Virus record (IMG/VR): IMGVR_UViG_3300005294_000012
Length of the DNA stretch: 20,000 nt
Reading direction: 5' to 3' (one strand)
Origin: an uncultured virus (IMG/VR IMGVR_UViG_3300005294_000012)
Taxonomy: Duplodnaviria > Heunggongvirae > Uroviricota > Caudoviricetes
Of the stretch, positions 16,322-20,000 are shown piece after piece. Each line of letters opens with the position of its first letter. Position 1 is the stretch's first letter. The notes beneath the pieces were generated by a model. That model did no database searches, was not told the DNA's origin, and saw only the letters and a list, made by a program, of their open reading frames with translations. The translations under genes and the position numbers were made by a program.

Positions 16322-16527
16322 ACGATGAGCGACGCCTACGGGTCACCTTCGAGTACAAAAAGCCTCCCGAGTGGGGTGAGGGCTGGAACAAGACCAGTCG
16401 CGAGGGAGGCGAGGACATCATCGACCAGTACAACAAGCTGCGAGAGTGGGAGCGCACCGGTGAGGAGCCGATCCGCAATGTCGTGCTCGAGGAGCTGAGT
16501 GTGACCGCCCAAGTGATCAGCGAGTGA
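16318..16527 (+). CDS. Hypothetical protein
   Basis: ATGA and GTGA overlaps. Confidence 0.75.
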   Translation: MNDERRLRVTFEYKKPPEWGEGWNKTSREGGEDIIDQYNKLREWERTGEEPIRNVVLEELSVTAQVISE

Positions 16528-17195
16528 GCGCCGAAGAGGGACACCAGACCTTCACCACTGCCGATGGCCGGGAGATCCGCCGGCCGCGCCGCAAGAAGAA
16601 CAACAGGCTCACCGACCGCTACCAGAAGCTCGTCGATGGCGAGATCGACGTCGAGGACCTGGACGAGGAGGAGCTGTTCAAGGGCATGCTCCGGGACAGC
16701 CAGGGCCACATTCGAGGGCATCACCCGGCAGCGATCCCGTGGGTGATGCACGACGCGTACGTCAGGCACGTCAGCCGGCACCTCGAGGCCACCCTGGTCC
16801 AGTCGATGCCAGACATTCTCGAGTCCTTGATCGACATCGCCACCGGCGGCGGAGACTACGACGCCGGGATCACCATGGACGTCCGCGCGCGGGCAGCGAT
16901 GTACCTGACCGACCGCATCATGGGACGGCCAACCGAGCGCAAAGAGCTGGACGTCAAGGTTCATGCGCGTTGGGAGCAGGCTTTCGATGGCGGTTCTCTT
17001 GTGGTTGACATCCCTGATCCGGATATCATCGATGCGGAGCTGGTCGAGAGTCCCGCAGAACTCGAGCCAGCGCTCCCACAGGGCGAAGTTCTGGTCGAGC
17101 GCACGCCTGCAAGTGGTCGAGCCACGGACGGGGCTGGGAGCCCCCAAGAAGATCGCCCTCGGTCCCGTCCGCAGACCGGTGTCAAGCTCAGGTAG
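16524..17195 (+). CDS. Conserved actinophage protein, putative terminase small subunit
   Basis: GEIDVEDLDEEEL.KG..RD..G...G motif and RARAAMYLTDRIMGRP helix resemble actinophage small terminases. The function call is tentative. Confidence 0.55.
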   Translation: MSAEEGHQTFTTADGREIRRPRRKKNNRLTDRYQKLVDGEIDVEDLDEEELFKGMLRDSQGHIRGHHPAAIPWVMHDAYVRHVSRHLEATLVQSMPDILESLIDIATGGGDYDAGITMDVRARAAMYLTDRIMGRPTERKELDVKVHARWEQAFDGGSLVVDIPDPDIIDAELVESPAELEPALPQGEVLVERTPASGRATDGAGSPQEDRPRSRPQTGVKLR

Positions 17196-17216
17196 TGAAA
17201 GTTCATCTGATAACTG

Positions 17217-17245
17217 GTGACAGAAGTTCGGCCTAGGTCTAGTCT
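17217..17245 (+). promoter_or_regulatory. Candidate promoter for the lysis/structural operon
   Basis: GTGACA-17nt-TAGTCT, about 150 nt upstream of the endolysin start. Confidence 0.55.
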
Positions 17246-17402
17246 TCAAACGTCAGCCGGTCGCGACCATCCCCCGATCGCGGAGACCGACATCTCACGA
17301 GAGCCTCGCCTAGACACCTAACCCCCGATGGGTCGGCGAGGCTCTCCCAGTTCTCGGACCTGCTGTGCTTAGCTGCTGAAGAATCGGCACTTCGGGGGAG
17401 GC

Positions 17403-18353
17403 ATGGCGACCGGCGATCAGGTCTGGCACCGATGGACCGGTCCCGGGTATTCCGTCCGGGTCAACCGCAAAACCGATGACGCCATCCGCGAGGCCTATCG
17501 GCTTTTCCACCAGGTTTACCCCGACGTCCCCTCTCCCGGACTCAGCCAAGGCGGCATGTTCGGGCTCGGCGAAGGGGCCGACGCCTCAGCTGGTACTCAC
17601 AACGGCGGTGGGGTCGCGGACTTCATCGTCAAAGGCATGTCGCGGCTGCAGATCCTGTACTTCGTCACCTGCCTCAGATGGGTCGGTTTCGCCGCCTGGT
17701 TCCGGCCGTTCGTCAAGGACCTGTGGCCGGATCACATCCACGCCGTACGCATCGGTGATACCTCCCTCGCCAAGGGCGCCTACGACCAGACGGTGGACTT
17801 CAAGAACGGCCTCACCGGGCTCGCCAGCGACCGCAAGGACACCCTGCATCAGTGGGTGGGCTGGACGACCTGGGAGCAGTACTCAAAGGGAACGGAGTTT
17901 TTCGAGATGACCGCCAAGCACTACTTCACCCGCAAGGAAACGATCATCAACGTCGGGGTCGAGACCTTGCTGCCGATCGCTGACAACGGCAACGTCTCGC
18001 TGCTCTCCGGACCGCTCCCCGACTTCTACGCCGGTGTCAACATCCGCATCGCTAACCTGCCGTCTGGCGAGGTGCTGCGGCTCTACCTGTCGCACTGGGA
18101 CTACAAGGCCGGCGTGCCCAGCGAGATGGTGGCCAAGGGCCTGCAGGTGGAGATCCCCGGCAGCGGCGGCAGCACATACTTCGCCACCGCCTTCGATGGC
18201 GAGATCGAGAAGTCGGCCAGGTCCGGCTGGCAACGCCGCATCCGGCTACTTGCCGAGACCGACTCACGGGGTGTCGTGTTGCCTGACGCCCAGGGAATCG
18301 AGAACATCAGCCCGGTAACAGTCACCAGGCTGGCCGTCACAACCCGAAAGTAG
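17403..18353 (+). CDS. Endolysin, Zn-peptidase (M15-like) domain plus unassigned C-terminal domain
   Basis: SAGTHNGGGVAD (H-x6-D), LRWVGFAAWFR and HIHAV; adjacent to a holin; GGGGGAGG SD. Confidence 0.8.
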   Translation: MATGDQVWHRWTGPGYSVRVNRKTDDAIREAYRLFHQVYPDVPSPGLSQGGMFGLGEGADASAGTHNGGGVADFIVKGMSRLQILYFVTCLRWVGFAAWFRPFVKDLWPDHIHAVRIGDTSLAKGAYDQTVDFKNGLTGLASDRKDTLHQWVGWTTWEQYSKGTEFFEMTAKHYFTRKETIINVGVETLLPIADNGNVSLLSGPLPDFYAGVNIRIANLPSGEVLRLYLSHWDYKAGVPSEMVAKGLQVEIPGSGGSTYFATAFDGEIEKSARSGWQRRIRLLAETDSRGVVLPDAQGIENISPVTVTRLAVTTRK

Positions 18354-18357
18354 AGAC

Positions 18358-18831
18358 ATGATCCTCACGATCATCACCGCGCTCGCTGTCAAGGTCAGCA
18401 CACTGGCCCTGATCGTCCTCGCGATCATCATCGATCCGGCGCTGGCTGCCAAGATCAGCGCGCTGGCCTTGATCGTCGGCACGCTCGGCAGTACCGCGCA
18501 GGCCCTGCTGCAGAAGCCCTGGTGGAGCCCCAAGGTCAAGTGGGCGCTCAGCTGGGTCTGGGCCATCGTGGGCGGCGCGGCCAGCTACATCACCATCAAC
18601 GGTCTGCCGACTGATCTCATGGATCTGGCAACCGTCTTCGCCTTCGTAGTCGGTGCGTACGGCTCCATCCGGCTCGCCTACGAGGCCCTCAAGCGACCCG
18701 TCCTCGACAAGATCGAGAAGGATGCCGGCGTGGGTGCCGGCGAGACTCCGCCAGGCCAGCAGGATCCCGCCGATCTGGACGACGAGGACGGGCACCTTTC
18801 AGCAGTACCGAACCCTTATGAGGGCCGGTGA
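18358..18831 (+). CDS. Holin
   Basis: Several TM helices and a charged C-terminus; lies between two cell-wall hydrolases. Confidence 0.75.
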   Translation: MILTIITALAVKVSTLALIVLAIIIDPALAAKISALALIVGTLGSTAQALLQKPWWSPKVKWALSWVWAIVGGAASYITINGLPTDLMDLATVFAFVVGAYGSIRLAYEALKRPVLDKIEKDAGVGAGETPPGQQDPADLDDEDGHLSAVPNPYEGR

Positions 18832-19400
18832 CCGTCACCGCATCGCAGGTCAAGAGGGTCCAAGAAGCTGGATTCCAGAACGTTTCCGCCATGGCGGCGG
18901 CGTGCGACGAGACCAAGTGCCCGTTCTACCTGGCAGTGGCCATGTTCGACAAAGAGTCGAATGGGGCAAACATCTACGGCCACGACAAGGGTGGCGCGAT
19001 GAACTACCCCGGTGAGAGCGTCCAAGTTACCCGGGACAGCTACGCAGTCTTCCGATGGCTGGTCGACAAAGGGATCCCGGTCCAGCAGCCCGACGGTTCA
19101 CTCAAGATCGTCAAATACGGCCCTAACGGCATCGGCCCGGGACAGATTACCCATCCGGACCTGGTCGCGCGGATCAAGTCCCAGGGGCTCGACATCGTGA
19201 ACCCGGCGGACAACATCCTCTTCAGCACCAAGCTGCTCTACGGCTATTACCGGTATGGCCGCGACGAGAAGAAGCTGGGAGTTAGGGACTCGATCAAGTA
19301 CGCCGGCACCCGATACAACGGTAATCCTGACTATGGCGTCGATCTGCTCGAGCAGGCGCTGAAGTGGAAGGAACGTGTCGGCGACGCCGACTACACCTGA
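18828..19400 (+). CDS. Lysozyme-like/lytic transglycosylase-family lysin
   Basis: AMFDKES (catalytic Glu), GIGPGQIT, NPADNI and RYNG...YG motifs. Confidence 0.8.
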   Translation: MTVTASQVKRVQEAGFQNVSAMAAACDETKCPFYLAVAMFDKESNGANIYGHDKGGAMNYPGESVQVTRDSYAVFRWLVDKGIPVQQPDGSLKIVKYGPNGIGPGQITHPDLVARIKSQGLDIVNPADNILFSTKLLYGYYRYGRDEKKLGVRDSIKYAGTRYNGNPDYGVDLLEQALKWKERVGDADYT

Positions 19401-19452
19401 TCACTATTAGGCTCTCCCCCGAGGCCACAACTGAACAAACGGGGGAGTACCT

Positions 19453-19917
19453 GTGGCCGACTTCGTCTTCAACATCGCCAAGGGCCGTGCGGCCGAGCTG
19501 ATGAACAACGTGGACGTAGGTTCACCGGCGAACAGCCGGCTGATTTTGATCCCGTTCAGCTCCACCGACACCGATGACGCGGTAGGCGACTGTGACACCG
19601 TGGCAGCCGTCGAGGCGCTGTCCAGCACTGCAGAGGTATCGGCGAACGGTTGGAACCGCAAGACGCTCGCGGCAGCTGACGTAACGGTCACCATCGACGA
19701 CACGAACAACCGGGTCGACGTCGACATCGTCAATGATCAGAACTGGACGCCGACCGCGACCGCTGTGACCGACCTGCTGCTGGCGTACGACAACGACAAC
19801 ACCGCCGGCACCGATGCGAACCTGATCCCGCTGCTCTGGTTCGACTTCGCGATCACCCCGGACGGTTCGCAGGTCGTAGCCCAGTTCAACGCCGCCGGCG
19901 TCTTCCGGGCCAGCTAG
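19453..19917 (+). CDS. Probable minor structural/tail protein
   Basis: MADFVFNIAKGR...RKTL...DDTNNRVDVD...LIPL..FDF..TPDG...GVFRAS resembles a common actinophage virion family. Confidence 0.7.
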   Translation: MADFVFNIAKGRAAELMNNVDVGSPANSRLILIPFSSTDTDDAVGDCDTVAAVEALSSTAEVSANGWNRKTLAAADVTVTIDDTNNRVDVDIVNDQNWTPTATAVTDLLLAYDNDNTAGTDANLIPLLWFDFAITPDGSQVVAQFNAAGVFRAS

Positions 19918-19946
19918 CCCCTGCCCCTACTGAAAGGGGCTGAGCC

Positions 19947-20000
19947 GTGACACTGCTAGCGGAATACGGCTTCAAGGAGGGCGTCGGGCTTCACGCCTAC
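19947..20000 (+). CDS. Start of a probable LamG-like domain protein (truncated by the window)
   Basis: GTG start after AAAGGGG; MTLLAEYGFKEGVGLHAY resembles the LvAxYxFxEGxG start of LamG domains. Confidence 0.5.
   Translation, partial: MTLLAEYGFKEGVGLHAY

Noticed and set aside
17299..17346. Hairpin as an intrinsic terminator
   Set aside because: No U-tract follows it and it has a large motif-bearing loop. Termination is not fully excluded in actinobacteria, but a regulatory leader fits better.
1..20000. CRISPR array, IS element, integrase, reverse transcriptase
   Set aside because: No regularly spaced repeats or matching protein motifs were seen.

Overview
High-GC actinobacteriophage (or prophage) segment, almost entirely on the + strand and tightly packed with ATGA/GTGA gene overlaps. 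Positions 1-7739 hold hypothetical genes, a DnaJ-like protein, then a membrane-anchored FtsK/TraB-like translocase, a small-terminase-like gene, a PBSX-type large terminase homologue, membrane micropeptides and a bPH_2 membrane protein. A lone minus-strand PadR regulator sits back-to-back with an operon of small genes, with overlapping divergent promoters that both look leaderless. Next come two secreted Cys-rich proteins, a membrane-anchored protein, tRNA-Asn(GTT) with a structured leader, an SGNH/LamG/Gly-rich virion-type protein, a JAB metalloprotease, a signal-peptide GDPD, a second small-terminase-like gene, a peptidase-holin-glycosidase lysis cassette and minor structural genes. Most notable: (1) the large terminase appears to lack its Walker B catalytic carboxylate, has no portal after it, and sits next to an FtsK-like protein lacking its arginine finger, suggesting a repurposed module; (2) a recurring CGGGGGA/TCCCCCG complementary motif links late-gene ribosome-binding sites, hairpin loops in the endolysin leader and a pre-tRNA RNA, suggesting RNA-based translational control. 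Family calls come from recognising motifs by eye, not from database searches.
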